IMG/VR virus record: IMGVR_UViG_3300005336_000019
Coordinates: 1-64,000 of that record
From: a virus
Taxonomy: Duplodnaviria > Caudoviricetes
DNA length: 64,000 nt
Direction: 5' to 3' (one strand)
Position numbers and translations under genes: made by a program. Below are positions 36,221 to 45,688 of the stretch, piece after piece (position 1 is the stretch's first letter; every line of letters starts with the position of its first letter). The notes beneath the pieces are model-generated. The model was given only the letters and a program-made list of their open reading frames with translations, did not search any database and was not told where the DNA came from.

Positions 36221-36421
36221 ATGATGGTGGCAGTCCCCCAGACCGGCACCTTTCTTCAGGATCCCCACGTGCCCATGCCGTCGCCCCTGCGCGCCCTCCT
36301 GTATGCCACCATCGCCACCCTCCTCGCCGTCTCCCTGTACGTATGCGTCGAGGCGGCCGTCATGATCTACGACTTCTACCAGATCATCCAGTGGTTGGGG
36401 GCGCTTGCGGAGCATCCCTGA
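36221..36421 (+). CDS. small membrane protein
   Basis: Hydrophobic helix; RBS AAGGGG. Confidence 0.6.
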   Translation: MMVAVPQTGTFLQDPHVPMPSPLRALLYATIATLLAVSLYVCVEAAVMIYDFYQIIQWLGALAEHP

Positions 36422-36455
36422 GACACTGCCCGTACGAATCGAAGGGGAGGTCGAG

Positions 36456-36632
36456 ATGACCACGCAAGCCAGCTCCAGCGGGTGCAGCAGCACCACGACC
36501 GGGATCCGTGGATCCCTCACCGGCCGCGTCGCCCGCGAACCGGTGCGGAACTACTGGCCGGATCACGACATGACCCCGAGGACCGACTTCATCAGCGAGC
36601 GGAACCGCACCGCTTTGATGTGGCGACTCTGA
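36456..36632 (+). CDS. small hypothetical protein
   Basis: RBS GGGGAGG. Confidence 0.55.
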   Translation: MTTQASSSGCSSTTTGIRGSLTGRVAREPVRNYWPDHDMTPRTDFISERNRTALMWRL

Positions 36633-36686
36633 CACCCTTTTCCCGGTAGGATTTCCCCAGGAAAACGGAGAAGAGGGGACCGGGAA

Positions 36687-37205
36687 ATGTCGAAGTGGCC
36701 TCAGCCTCACGAGGGCGTCACCGGAATCAAGCGGACCCGGGACGATCTGCTCGCCCTCGACGAGGCCGCCATGCAGCGGCGGGTGGTGATCCTTCAGATC
36801 GCCACCGAGCTGTGGAGAGCGGCGCTGAACGGCGCCCACACCGAGAGCGGCCGGGAGCTGTACGAGCGGATGGCAAATCCCCGGATGGGTGATCTCGTGG
36901 TCGAGACCGTCGGCATGCGAACGCCGCTCGGCCGGGACTCCGACGGCGATGCACGGGCAGTCACCTGCTTCGGCATTCTGCTGGGCCAGCGCACCGAGTG
37001 GTCATGCACCGATGAAAAGTGGCGCGAGTACCAGGCGGAGGCGGAGGCGGAGGGCTACACCCTGGCCGACGCCGACCGGATCACTGACGAGGGCGCCTAC
37101 GTGCAGTACGGCCCGGAACCGCAGGACATCTGCCGCTGGGCGAACTGCTCCCTCATCGCGCTACCGACCGGCATGCTCTACCACACGGCCGACCAGAACC
37201 CCTGA
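36687..37205 (+). CDS. hypothetical protein
   Basis: RBS; upstream -10 TAGGAT. Confidence 0.8.
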   Translation: MSKWPQPHEGVTGIKRTRDDLLALDEAAMQRRVVILQIATELWRAALNGAHTESGRELYERMANPRMGDLVVETVGMRTPLGRDSDGDARAVTCFGILLGQRTEWSCTDEKWREYQAEAEAEGYTLADADRITDEGAYVQYGPEPQDICRWANCSLIALPTGMLYHTADQNP

Positions 37206-37370
37206 GTTCTTCCCGGCTGTTCGGACTCTTCCGGATCTCTTGCCCGGCGGACCGGGCGGGCGCAATGATGGATCTGCTCACGAGGCGCCTGCGGTGACCC
37301 GGACGGCCCTCCAGAACCCCGCTGCCCGGCCTTGCCCGGCCGACTTCACCGGCAGCGGGGTTCGCCCATC

Positions 37371-38135
37371 TCAGCTCACGTCCATGTTCGGGTACTTCTT
37401 CTTCACGGCCGCCTTCACTTTGGCCTCTTCGCCTTCCTTGCCGAACTGCTTCACGCGGGCGAGCGCGGCACGGGCCCGAGCGGGCGTGTCGATGGGGTAC
37501 CGGCGGCCCGGCAGGGCGAAGTCGGAGGAGTCCAGGGCGTTGCGCTTCTTGGCGTCGAGAGGGGCTTCCTGAAGGTCGCTCTCCCCCATGTAGCTGTACT
37601 CGTCCTCGTCGGGGTCGCCGTATTCGTAGTCGTCGACCGGCTGCACCTCCATCGGGTCGCCGTACTGGTCCTCGATCGCCTGCTGAAGATCGTCGAGGGT
37701 GTCGCCGTCCACGAACTGGCTCAGCACGGCGAGCGCCATGCGCGCGTCCTCCTCGCAGGGGAAGGCGCTCATGTTCTCGCGCACGAACTCGGCGGCTGCC
37801 TCCTTCTGCTCCTCCTCGTCGCCCTCGCCCTTCTTCTGGAGCCACGGGGGCAGCGCTTCGAGCAGGCCGGACTTCTCCAGGGTGGCGCGCGGCCGGATCT
37901 GCGGGCTCGTCGCCTCCTGTGCCGTCTCCCAGGGCCGCTGCGACTCGTCCATGCCGCGCTTGCGGTTGGCCGTGCCGCCGGGGTAGTCGGCCTCCTGCTG
38001 GGTCCGGAAGCCGATGCCGTTCCGGGTGAACCTCTTGTCCTTCACCGCCGTGCGCAGACCCATCGGCATGTCCGAACTGGCCGCCTCGCTCAGGCCGGTC
38101 GTCTTCAGGCTGTGACTGTCGTATCCGTTGGCCAC
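37371..38135 (-). CDS. protein with C-terminal DUF6582-like domain
   Basis: KRNALDSSDFALPGRRYPIDTPARARAAL. Confidence 0.7.
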   Translation of the reverse strand: MANGYDSHSLKTTGLSEAASSDMPMGLRTAVKDKRFTRNGIGFRTQQEADYPGGTANRKRGMDESQRPWETAQEATSPQIRPRATLEKSGLLEALPPWLQKKGEGDEEEQKEAAAEFVRENMSAFPCEEDARMALAVLSQFVDGDTLDDLQQAIEDQYGDPMEVQPVDDYEYGDPDEDEYSYMGESDLQEAPLDAKKRNALDSSDFALPGRRYPIDTPARARAALARVKQFGKEGEEAKVKAAVKKKYPNMDVS

Positions 38136-38250
38136 TGCTCCACCTCATTTCCGGGCGTGCCCGTATCAGCAAGAGCGTATCCGTGGGAACGGCGAACGGC
38201 CCGCCTCCAGGGTCTGGGGAGACGGGCCGTTCTGTCCTGCGCGGTGTAGG

Positions 38251-38967
38251 TCAGGCGTTCTGCGCGGCGTTCCCGGCAGCGACGGCGGCGTTGATGAACG
38301 CCTCCACGTTGCCGTGCTCGACGTTCACGCGGGCCTTGCGCTTGCGCAGCTCCCACGTGGTGGTCGGGCGGCCGGAGCCGTCGAGGACCCGGTCGAGGAC
38401 GCAGACGATCACGCAGTTCTCGCGGCCGACCAGCGAGGGACGGATGCAGAACTGCTTGTTGTTGGCCGTGGGCTCGCCGTCGTAGACGGTGAACAGGACG
38501 TTGCTCGCGCCCTGGAAGCCCTGGTCCTTCATCGCCTTGTTCTTCTTCTTGAACGCGGCGACCTGGACCACGATGCGGTGGAACTCGGCGGGGATCTGGT
38601 CGAGGTGCAGGATCACGGCCTCGTCGTCGCCGTCCTGGGCCTCGGCCCCGGTGATGGCGTCACCCGTGTGCCGCACCGAGCCGTCGCCGGGCTGGCCGTG
38701 CAGGGGGTTCTTGTAGTTCTCGTCCCAGCCGACGCAGAGGGTGACCGGGTCGTTGTCCTGGAAGAGGACGGCGGCGGCGTCGAGGTCCGCGCCCGCCTTC
38801 TTCGAGGCTCGGCCGAAGATGCCTCCACGGCCCTTGGTGCTGGCGTCCCACGCGGCGCCGACCGAGATGGTTCCGGTGACCTGGGCGACGTCGTCCATGC
38901 CCAGTACGGGCAGTCCCGCCGGGGCGAGCTGCGCGTCCGACAGGGTTTCCTTGGTCATGTCCGCCAT
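38251..38967 (-). CDS. terD: TerD/TerZ-family stress protein
   Basis: GAAWD, DLDAAA, HTGDAITG, DDEAV..HL..IP motifs. Confidence 0.9.
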   Translation of the reverse strand: MADMTKETLSDAQLAPAGLPVLGMDDVAQVTGTISVGAAWDASTKGRGGIFGRASKKAGADLDAAAVLFQDNDPVTLCVGWDENYKNPLHGQPGDGSVRHTGDAITGAEAQDGDDEAVILHLDQIPAEFHRIVVQVAAFKKKNKAMKDQGFQGASNVLFTVYDGEPTANNKQFCIRPSLVGRENCVIVCVLDRVLDGSGRPTTTWELRKRKARVNVEHGNVEAFINAAVAAGNAAQNA

Positions 38968-39122
38968 TACTTGGTCCTCCCGACCCGGAAACCGTTCAGG
39001 GTGCCGTCGTTGTCGGGCCCCTTGCCCCGGTCACCCGCCGGGATACCGCTGCTGCCGTTGCCGGACCCGCTGGATCCGGAACCGCCGGAGCTGCCACTTC
39101 CGTTCTGGAATTCGAGCGTCAC
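38967..39122 (-). CDS. 51-aa Gly/Ser-rich peptide coupled to terD
   Basis: RBS GAGGAAAGGGAAGA; TAATG overlap; MTLEFQNGSGSSGGSGSSGSGNGSSG... Confidence 0.7.
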   Translation of the reverse strand: MTLEFQNGSGSSGGSGSSGSGNGSSGIPAGDRGKGPDNDGTLNGFRVGRTK

Positions 39123-39163
39123 GCTCTTCCCTTTCCTCGGCTTATTCTGCCGTTTTTCCGTTG

Positions 39164-39204
39164 CTGCCTAGGCCAGTCTATCCACATCAACATGTTTGCC
39201 GCAA
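39164..39204 (-). promoter_or_regulatory. promoter TTGCGG-N18-TAGACT plus operator TGGCCTAGGCAG
   Basis: Same layout as 2295-2311. Confidence 0.7.
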
Positions 39205-39349
39205 GCTCGTCTTGGCGATCTGCATCACAGAGAGTTCTATGGTTTCACGTCATTCGGTGAACGATGAACCGAGAGTGACACGTGCAGGTCAACGGCGATA
39301 TGATGCCTATCATGATCCCCGTGCTCCGGGGACAAGGAAGGGAGAGAAC

Positions 39350-40108
39350 GTGAACGAGAAGCAGCCCTGGACGGGTATCGCCCCGTCGCCGACGGTTCTC
39401 GGTCAGCTCGACTACGAAGAGATGGCGGTCCTGGCCCTGCTCTCCTGGTCGACCGCCGCCAACAGGCCCGTGACGTCGCTCGACGTAGCCAACCTCGAAG
39501 ACCGCGACGGCAAGAAGCTGGGCCAGGCCGAGGCGAGGGACATCGTGCGCCAGCTCGGTGACCTGAAGATCGTGTCGGTGTACGGCATGGGCAACGAGCG
39601 CCCCATGTCGGTGCGGCTCGGCGGCTTCGTGCCCCGGGTGCCCCGCAAGTTCGACGACCGGCGTCCGGCACCTCAGCGCTCCATCCCGGCGCCGCGCAGT
39701 GCGCCCGCCGCATCCCGGCGTCCCGAGACCCGCAGCAAGCCACCGCAGGGCAAGCGGGGCGGCACTCCTCCGTGGGTACTGAAGGAACGCCGGGTGGAGA
39801 CCGGCCTGGCCGTCAGCCCCCGCACTCCGGACTACGTCCTGCCGGAGGCGACGCGGCTGCGTGAGGAGCAGATCCGGATCGAGAGCGGCGACTTCTCCGG
39901 CACGCTCGTCGAGCAGGCTCAGGCCCGGCTCGCCGTGCTGGAGGGCAGGATCCGCCTGTACGAGAAGTGGCTGCGTGACGAGCCCCGCCACCCGGGGCTG
40001 CCCGAGGCGCTGGCCAAGAAGCGCAAGGCGGTGCCGGAGATGAAGTTCCAGATCGAGCGGGCCGCCGTGAAGCAGGCCGAGCTGGCGGCGGAGGCGAGTG
40101 GTGACTGA
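39350..40108 (+). CDS. putative wHTH DNA-binding protein
   Basis: RBS AAGGGAGA; N-terminal wHTH-like pattern. Confidence 0.7.
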   Translation: MNEKQPWTGIAPSPTVLGQLDYEEMAVLALLSWSTAANRPVTSLDVANLEDRDGKKLGQAEARDIVRQLGDLKIVSVYGMGNERPMSVRLGGFVPRVPRKFDDRRPAPQRSIPAPRSAPAASRRPETRSKPPQGKRGGTPPWVLKERRVETGLAVSPRTPDYVLPEATRLREEQIRIESGDFSGTLVEQAQARLAVLEGRIRLYEKWLRDEPRHPGLPEALAKKRKAVPEMKFQIERAAVKQAELAAEASGD

Positions 40109-40550
40109 CTATCAGGAGCAGGCCCGGCGTGAGCGGGAGGCGAGCCGGGCCCGGCGACGGCACTTCCAGCAGATGGACGAGCGGATGCGTCTCGACGGTG
40201 AGCGCGCCACCCGCCTGCTGCTGGACGAGTTCTTCCCGGCGGGGGCGCCCGAGGGCCTGCTGGAACGCATCTGCACCAGCCGGAACCGCCTGGTCAAGGA
40301 GATCGTCTCGCTGGAGAAGGTCGTCAGGGAGATGCACGACGGCATCAACCGGATCAAGAACGAGGCTGATCAGCGCTGGGTGGACGGGTTCAACGAGTGC
40401 GCCCAGCAGGTGCGTGCACATGCCGAGGAGCTGGGCGTGAGCGAGCCCGTCGTCAACAGCCTGCTCCGCAACCAGGTCAGGATGCAGGAAGCCGAGCAGG
40501 CCGAGAAGAACCAGGCCGCCACCCAGCAGGTGGAGTGGTCGCGGACCTGA
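40098..40550 (+). CDS. hypothetical coiled-coil protein
   Basis: ORF tiling. Confidence 0.75.
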   Translation: MVTDYQEQARREREASRARRRHFQQMDERMRLDGERATRLLLDEFFPAGAPEGLLERICTSRNRLVKEIVSLEKVVREMHDGINRIKNEADQRWVDGFNECAQQVRAHAEELGVSEPVVNSLLRNQVRMQEAEQAEKNQAATQQVEWSRT

Positions 40551-40648
40551 CACCCTTGCCGGGTGGCGAAGTTCCGGCCCCCGTCCTGGGCCGAGCCCGA
40601 ACCGGGTGAGGACACGATCGAGATCGAGTACACCGATGGCTCAACGAC

Positions 40649-40697
40649 GAAGGAGCTGCACCTTCCGCTTGCGTGGCGGATCAGGTGCAGCTCCTTC
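40649..40697. terminator. long inverted repeat between convergent gene blocks
   Basis: GAAGGAGCTGCACCT / AGGTGCAGCTCCTTC, perfect 15 bp. Confidence 0.7.
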
Positions 40698-40708
40698 CGG
40701 CGTCTGCG

Positions 40709-40975
40709 TCAGGCCGTGGCCTCGGCGGTGTCCTCCTGCTTCTTGCCGACGAAGAAGTAGCCGTTCTTGCGCGGCGTCCCCTTGCCGGTGTTGCGGTCCT
40801 TGTGCAGGTACTTCACGCCGACGTTGCGGTGGTTCTTCCCGCTCGGGTGGCTGACGATGTTGGCCTTCAGGTAGCCCGGCACGTACGAGGTGACCAGGAT
40901 CTGACGCCCGCCGTCACGCGGATCGGCCGACTCGTAGATGTTGCCCTTCTCGACCCGGTAATTCTCGTCGCTCAC
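40709..40975 (-). CDS. hypothetical protein
   Basis: RBS AAGGGGAGA. Confidence 0.75.
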   Translation of the reverse strand: MSDENYRVEKGNIYESADPRDGGRQILVTSYVPGYLKANIVSHPSGKNHRNVGVKYLHKDRNTGKGTPRKNGYFFVGKKQEDTAEATA

Positions 40976-41760
40976 GAACTCTCCCCTTCCGAAGGGATGG
41001 CGGAGACCGCTCTGATCTCCAGCCGCTGACCGCAGAGGGCCAGGATCTTCTCCGCCCACCCGATGGTGAGCGTCGCCTGCCCCGTGAGCATCTGGCTCAC
41101 GTGCTTGGTGCTCAGTCCGAGGTGCCGGGCCACGTCGGCGTCGTTCAGGTGGGACGCCTCGACGGCCGCCTTCACCTGGGCCCGCATGCTGTCCCGGGCG
41201 CCGGGCTGACCGCGCCCGGCGAGGACGTCCGACAGTTCCGCCCGGCGCTCTTCCCACCACCACGACTGCGGCGGCCCGAAGGGTGCCGTGAGGGTGTTCC
41301 AGTACTCCAGCAGGGCGTAGATCTGCTCGATGAACTCTTCGGCCCTCTGGGCGTTCTCGAAGCGCTGCATGTACCGGACGTGGGGAAGGATCTCGACCCC
41401 GGCCAGGGCGCCGATCTCCTTCAGACTCTCGTAGGGCACATACGTGCCCTTCTCGCTGATCCGCCAGTCGCGGATCGCCCGAGCGTACCGTTCGGCCACG
41501 GACTCCGCCGCCTGGGCTCGCCGGTTCAGCTTCTGGATCGTCTGCCGGGCCTCGGCCAGCTCTGCCGCCGCCCGCACCGGGTCCCCGGTGTGCAGCAGGG
41601 CGCCGATCTTCTCGTACAGCGCGCTGCGCACCGAGCTGTCCGTGGTGGCCTCGTGCACCAGCCGGTTGACCTCGCTCATGAGGGCGGCGAGTGCCGGGTC
41701 GCAGCGGTGGCACCAGCCGTGGTCCGCGCAGTGCCGGGTCGTCTGGCAGGGGTCAGTCAT
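40972..41760 (-). CDS. protein with C-terminal XRE-family HTH
   Basis: LNDADVARHLGLSTKHVSQMLTG. Confidence 0.8.
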   Translation of the reverse strand: MTDPCQTTRHCADHGWCHRCDPALAALMSEVNRLVHEATTDSSVRSALYEKIGALLHTGDPVRAAAELAEARQTIQKLNRRAQAAESVAERYARAIRDWRISEKGTYVPYESLKEIGALAGVEILPHVRYMQRFENAQRAEEFIEQIYALLEYWNTLTAPFGPPQSWWWEERRAELSDVLAGRGQPGARDSMRAQVKAAVEASHLNDADVARHLGLSTKHVSQMLTGQATLTIGWAEKILALCGQRLEIRAVSAIPSEGESS

Positions 41761-42073
41761 CGCCCTCCCCTTCCGCGACCATCTCGTACAGGTGCCAGAC
41801 CAGACCGGCCGGGTCCCGGTCTGTGGTACCGCGCCACTTCGCCTTCTCCGGGAGCGGCTGACCGGTCCCGAACACTTGGAAGGTGCGCTGAAGCAGCGTG
41901 CCGTTCGGCGCTGGGGTGATGTCCTCGGCCCAGAACTCCACGACCGGCATCTTGCCGGGCACCCACTCCTGGGTGGCCACCTTCTTCACGACGCCGTGGA
42001 CCACGTGCCGGTGCTCCTGGTCGTCGACCGGAACCTCGTACCGGAACATCCGCCGCACGCTCTTCTCCTTCAT
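41753..42073 (-). CDS. hypothetical phage protein (F.V.GTG.P...VWHLYE family)
   Basis: Recognisable motif. Confidence 0.8.
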   Translation of the reverse strand: MKEKSVRRMFRYEVPVDDQEHRHVVHGVVKKVATQEWVPGKMPVVEFWAEDITPAPNGTLLQRTFQVFGTGQPLPEKAKWRGTTDRDPAGLVWHLYEMVAEGEGDD

Positions 42074-42894
42074 CGCTTGATCCCCATCTCTTTGCGCAGC
42101 CTGTCGGCCGTCTCCTGCGCCGTCCTGGCGGCCCGGTCCAACTCCCTGACGGCAGACTCTGCCCGATCCTTCGCCCTGTCCAGGCGGAGGCGCCCCTGGA
42201 CGAGGGCCTGAAGGGCTTCAGCAGCCCCCTCCGGCTCCAGCTTGTCCTCCCAGGAGTACTCGGCCAGGCCGACCCCCAGAGCGGCCTCCAGGCGGTCCAT
42301 GAGTTCGAGGCGCCGCCGGTCCTTCTCGTTGAAGGTGCCCCGCTGGCGCTGCGCCTGCCGCTCCTGGTCGTGGAACTTCTGCCGCAGCTCCCGCTCCTGC
42401 CTCTGGAGCGCGTTCGTCCGGGTGGTCTCGGTGTTCTTCAGCAGGGTGATGAGCAGGCCCGGCGTGATCTGCGCCTCCCGCTCCTCCGGCTTCACGAGCA
42501 CTTTGAACCGGCGCCCCCGCGTGCCGGGCATCATCAGGCCCCAGCCCTTGGGCAGCTCGTCGTCCTGCACGATCCCCTCGTGCGGCACGACCAGCCAGAA
42601 GATGTTGCAGTATGGCCACCACGCCTCGGCCTTCTTCGGCTCTTTCAGCTCCCGGAGCCAGTCGGCGCGGCTCACCTTCAGCTCGCAGACCTCGACGATC
42701 CCGGCGCCGCGCGAAGCCCACAGTCCGATGTGCACGGCGTCGGCCCGGCGCCCGGAGTGGCCGGGCGCGGTGACCTCGGTCAGGTACACGGCTCCGGCCC
42801 CGGCAAGGTCGAGCTGATCTTTGTCGCTGATGAAGTGCTGGCGGAGCTTGTCGTCCAGCTCGGCCGTGGTCATGCCGTTCGGCGTGGCCATCAC
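42070..42894 (-). CDS. MmcB-like PD-(D/E)xK nuclease
   Basis: RRADA...ELKVSRADWLREL...FWLVVP. Confidence 0.75.
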   Translation of the reverse strand: MMATPNGMTTAELDDKLRQHFISDKDQLDLAGAGAVYLTEVTAPGHSGRRADAVHIGLWASRGAGIVEVCELKVSRADWLRELKEPKKAEAWWPYCNIFWLVVPHEGIVQDDELPKGWGLMMPGTRGRRFKVLVKPEEREAQITPGLLITLLKNTETTRTNALQRQERELRQKFHDQERQAQRQRGTFNEKDRRRLELMDRLEAALGVGLAEYSWEDKLEPEGAAEALQALVQGRLRLDRAKDRAESAVRELDRAARTAQETADRLRKEMGIKR

Positions 42895-42912
42895 GCTTCC
42901 CCTCTCCCGGCG

Positions 42913-43620
42913 CTAGGCGCCTATCTCGTCCCTGTCCTTGGGCAGCATGCCCTTCGGCTTCGCCTTCGGGTCGCCGATCGTGTCGTCGTCCCAGGCGGCC
43001 GGGGGCGGCCACTCCTGCTCGATCGCCCAGTTCCTGGCCTGCGTCACCCCACCTGGCGTCACCCCGAGGCTCAGCGGATCCACGTTCCACAGCCGGTTGT
43101 AAGCGGCGTGGATCGCCTGATCCATGGAGGCGCGGATGCGCACCCTGTTGCCGTTGCGGATGCTGTCGATGGTGAAGACGCTGGCGTTCATCTCGCGCGC
43201 CATGACCTTCAGCGAGAAGCCTCGCCTGCTCAGAGCCCTGATTCTGCGCTGCGCCGTCAGGGCCGGAACGATGCCGTCACACCCGACGAACTCCTTGCGG
43301 GGAACGGGCACTCCGAGGATGGCGGCGGCCGTGTCGCGGTGAATCCGGGCCACCCGGCCGGAGATCACCTGACCGACGATCGAGCGGGAGACTCCGGCCA
43401 GCCGGGCGATGTCCGTCACGAACATGCCCGCTTCGGTCAGCAGCTTCCCGTGGGCTCGCGCCTCGTCGGCCGGAACCCGTGCACTCTCGCCTCGCTCCTG
43501 CCCGATCCGGCTGAGCTTCTGGGACCGGTAGTACGCCTCCTTGCACTCGGTCCTCTCGCAGCCGTACCGGCCGCAGGAAGCCATGCCGTGTCTGACGTTC
43601 GACTTCTTGGGCCGTTCCAC
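42913..43620 (-). CDS. double-HTH DNA-binding protein with N-terminal Cys motif
   Basis: HG...YGC...C; IARLAGVSRS; RRIRAL...GFS; PPPAAWDDDTI. Confidence 0.8.
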   Translation of the reverse strand: MERPKKSNVRHGMASCGRYGCERTECKEAYYRSQKLSRIGQERGESARVPADEARAHGKLLTEAGMFVTDIARLAGVSRSIVGQVISGRVARIHRDTAAAILGVPVPRKEFVGCDGIVPALTAQRRIRALSRRGFSLKVMAREMNASVFTIDSIRNGNRVRIRASMDQAIHAAYNRLWNVDPLSLGVTPGGVTQARNWAIEQEWPPPAAWDDDTIGDPKAKPKGMLPKDRDEIGA

Positions 43621-43639
43621 GTCCTTCACCCTTTCCGGT

Positions 43640-44164
43640 TCAGCGGTAGTACGACTGCCGCAACTCCTCGTAGTGCGCCTCCTCCGCCTCCTGCTGCTCG
43701 CGGTCGAAGTCGGCCTCCGTGCAGCCCTCTTCCCCGCAGGGCCACGGATGGATCTTCTGCCCGTCGGGATAGCACCCCCGGCACCACGGCTGGTGATCGA
43801 TGCAGAGATGCCCGAGGTCACCGCTGCGCTCGCAGAATTCCTTCGGCAGGTGACAGGTGTGCTCGGCGTTCTCCGACTCGATCAGCTTCGTTCCGTGAGG
43901 GCAGTAGACGCCCCACTCGACCTTCCGCACCGTGACCATGGGGGCAGGATGAATCTTGCCGTCGGGCGTCTTCACCTGAACGCGGTCGTCGCCCTTGTTC
44001 AGCAGCGAGCCGGTCACCTGACGCCCCTTGGAGGTCACGGTGACCATGCCTCCGATCCTCGGCCACGCGCACCCCGGATCGCCGCACTTCTCGACGGGCC
44101 CCTCGTGCCGGTCGAGCTGATCGCCGGACCCGCGCACGTAGTGCGCGGTGCCCATGCCGTCCAT
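43640..44164 (-). CDS. hypothetical Cys-rich protein
   Basis: TGATG overlap. Confidence 0.75.
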   Translation of the reverse strand: MDGMGTAHYVRGSGDQLDRHEGPVEKCGDPGCAWPRIGGMVTVTSKGRQVTGSLLNKGDDRVQVKTPDGKIHPAPMVTVRKVEWGVYCPHGTKLIESENAEHTCHLPKEFCERSGDLGHLCIDHQPWCRGCYPDGQKIHPWPCGEEGCTEADFDREQQEAEEAHYEELRQSYYR

Positions 44165-44577
44165 CAGACGAGTCCCTTCCTGCGCCGGATGTCGTAGATC
44201 CACGCCGCCACGACGGCGGCCGTCTGGATCAGCTCGGTCTCCAGCTTCTCCAGGTCTCCGGCAGCGGCTTCGGCCAGCGCCTCGTAGACCTCCTCCAGGA
44301 GTATGAAGTCCCAGGCCACGTGCTTGTGATCACCCTCGGGCGGGCACTTGCTGCACCGGCCTACGGTCCGGCTGGGGGTCTCACGTTCGTCGTTGACCCC
44401 CTTCATGATCTGGGCCTTGTACTCGTAGTGGTGGTGCGTCACGAACGCGATGTCGCGAGGGTCGATGTCCGGGTGGATCTGGTCGCCCCACTTCTTGAGC
44501 TGGCGGGCGCGCTCGTCGTCCACCTTCTCGGCGAAGTCCTTCATGCCGGGCACCGAGAACAGCGTCGGGTAGCTCAT
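44164..44577 (-). CDS. MazG-like nucleotide pyrophosphohydrolase
   Basis: ERARQ..KWG; ILLEEVYEAL; ELIQTAAV. Confidence 0.7.
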   Translation of the reverse strand: MSYPTLFSVPGMKDFAEKVDDERARQLKKWGDQIHPDIDPRDIAFVTHHHYEYKAQIMKGVNDERETPSRTVGRCSKCPPEGDHKHVAWDFILLEEVYEALAEAAAGDLEKLETELIQTAAVVAAWIYDIRRRKGLV

Positions 44578-45044
44578 GTCCGATCCTCCTCACTCACGGA
44601 GCCGCCGGGCAGCAGCTCCCCCAGTCGGTCGGCGGGGCCCGGCTTGCCCTTGCCCCACTCGGCCATCCCCTTCATCGACATGGCCAGGAAGTCGGCGTCG
44701 TTGGCCGACAGGCGGATCTCCACCTTCCGGCCGACCGCATCCTTCGTTCCGTCCGTGATGCGCACCTCGAAGCAGAGCGCCGTGTCGGGTTCCCGCTCCC
44801 GGTACCAGGCGAGTTCGCGAGGGAAGACGGCGCTGATCACCTGACCCAGCCACGTGGCCGACCGGCGCTCGCGGCGCATGGACTCCATGCGGAGCTTCGC
44901 GTACGCGAGGTGCACGATGTGATCGATCTCCTGAGCCGGGTTCGTGTGGCTCCAGTCCGTCCCGGTCCACTCGTCGAGCACCTTGCGCACGTCAGCCAGT
45001 GCACCCAGCGCCAGGTCAGCGCGTGTCGGTTCACCCTTCCTCAT
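44574..45044 (-). CDS. hypothetical protein
   Basis: ORF tiling. Confidence 0.75.
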   Translation of the reverse strand: MRKGEPTRADLALGALADVRKVLDEWTGTDWSHTNPAQEIDHIVHLAYAKLRMESMRRERRSATWLGQVISAVFPRELAWYREREPDTALCFEVRITDGTKDAVGRKVEIRLSANDADFLAMSMKGMAEWGKGKPGPADRLGELLPGGSVSEEDRT

Positions 45045-45201
45045 CGCCGGGCTCCTTCGACAGGCTCGTCTTCACCGGCCCCTGCTCCGGCTTCATGCCG
45101 AGCTGGGTCAGTCTTCTGTACAGCTCGGCCGAGCCGACGAGCAGGCCCGACAGGATCGCCGCGCCCGCCATACCGACACCGAGGATCCGCCCCGCGTCCA
45201 T
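45031..45201 (-). CDS. small membrane protein (56 aa)
   Basis: TGATG overlap; RBS GGAGGAG. Confidence 0.65.
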   Translation of the reverse strand: MDAGRILGVGMAGAAILSGLLVGSAELYRRLTQLGMKPEQGPVKTSLSKEPGDEEG

Positions 45202-45491
45202 CACTCCTCCCGCCGGGTGACGACCATGACGCCCCGGGCATCGAAACGCACGACGTTCCGGCCGCCCGCCCGCATGGCCTCCATCAGGTCGTCCCGCTGC
45301 CTCTTCTCGTCGAGGCGCGAGCGCAGCGCGTGCATGGCGTCGTCGGCCACGGCGAACTCCATGACCGCCCCGGTCTCCAGCCGGACCCCGGGCAGCGTGC
45401 GCCCGAGGAAGCAGCTCTTGTTCTGGCAGCGGGCGATCGTCGGGTACATCAGCCCGTGCAGCAGGCGGACCATGCTGACACGTTCGCTCAC
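45201..45491 (-). CDS. hypothetical protein
   Basis: GTGA overlap. Confidence 0.75.
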   Translation of the reverse strand: MSERVSMVRLLHGLMYPTIARCQNKSCFLGRTLPGVRLETGAVMEFAVADDAMHALRSRLDEKRQRDDLMEAMRAGGRNVVRFDARGVMVVTRREE

Positions 45492-45688
45492 GGTGTCACC
45501 TCGATCTCGTTCAGCAGCCGGTGGTCGTGGATCTGGTCGTACAGCTCACGCAGGCGCTCGGCCGCCAGGTCGTCGGTCTTCTTCAGGGCGTTCTTCACCC
45601 AGACCCGGAGCTGGTCCCAGCAGGAGGTGCACAGGTACTGCCTGCGCCTGCGTTCCGCCCCGCAGCAGGGGCACGGCGTGGGGTTCAC
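45488..45688 (-). CDS. small Zn-finger protein
   Basis: CPCC...CTSCW. Confidence 0.75.
   Translation of the reverse strand: MNPTPCPCCGAERRRRQYLCTSCWDQLRVWVKNALKKTDDLAAERLRELYDQIHDHRLLNEIEVTP

Noticed and set aside
40563-40760. ORF MAKFRPPSW... on the + strand
   Set aside because: It has no RBS, runs through a terminator hairpin and overlaps a convergent gene.
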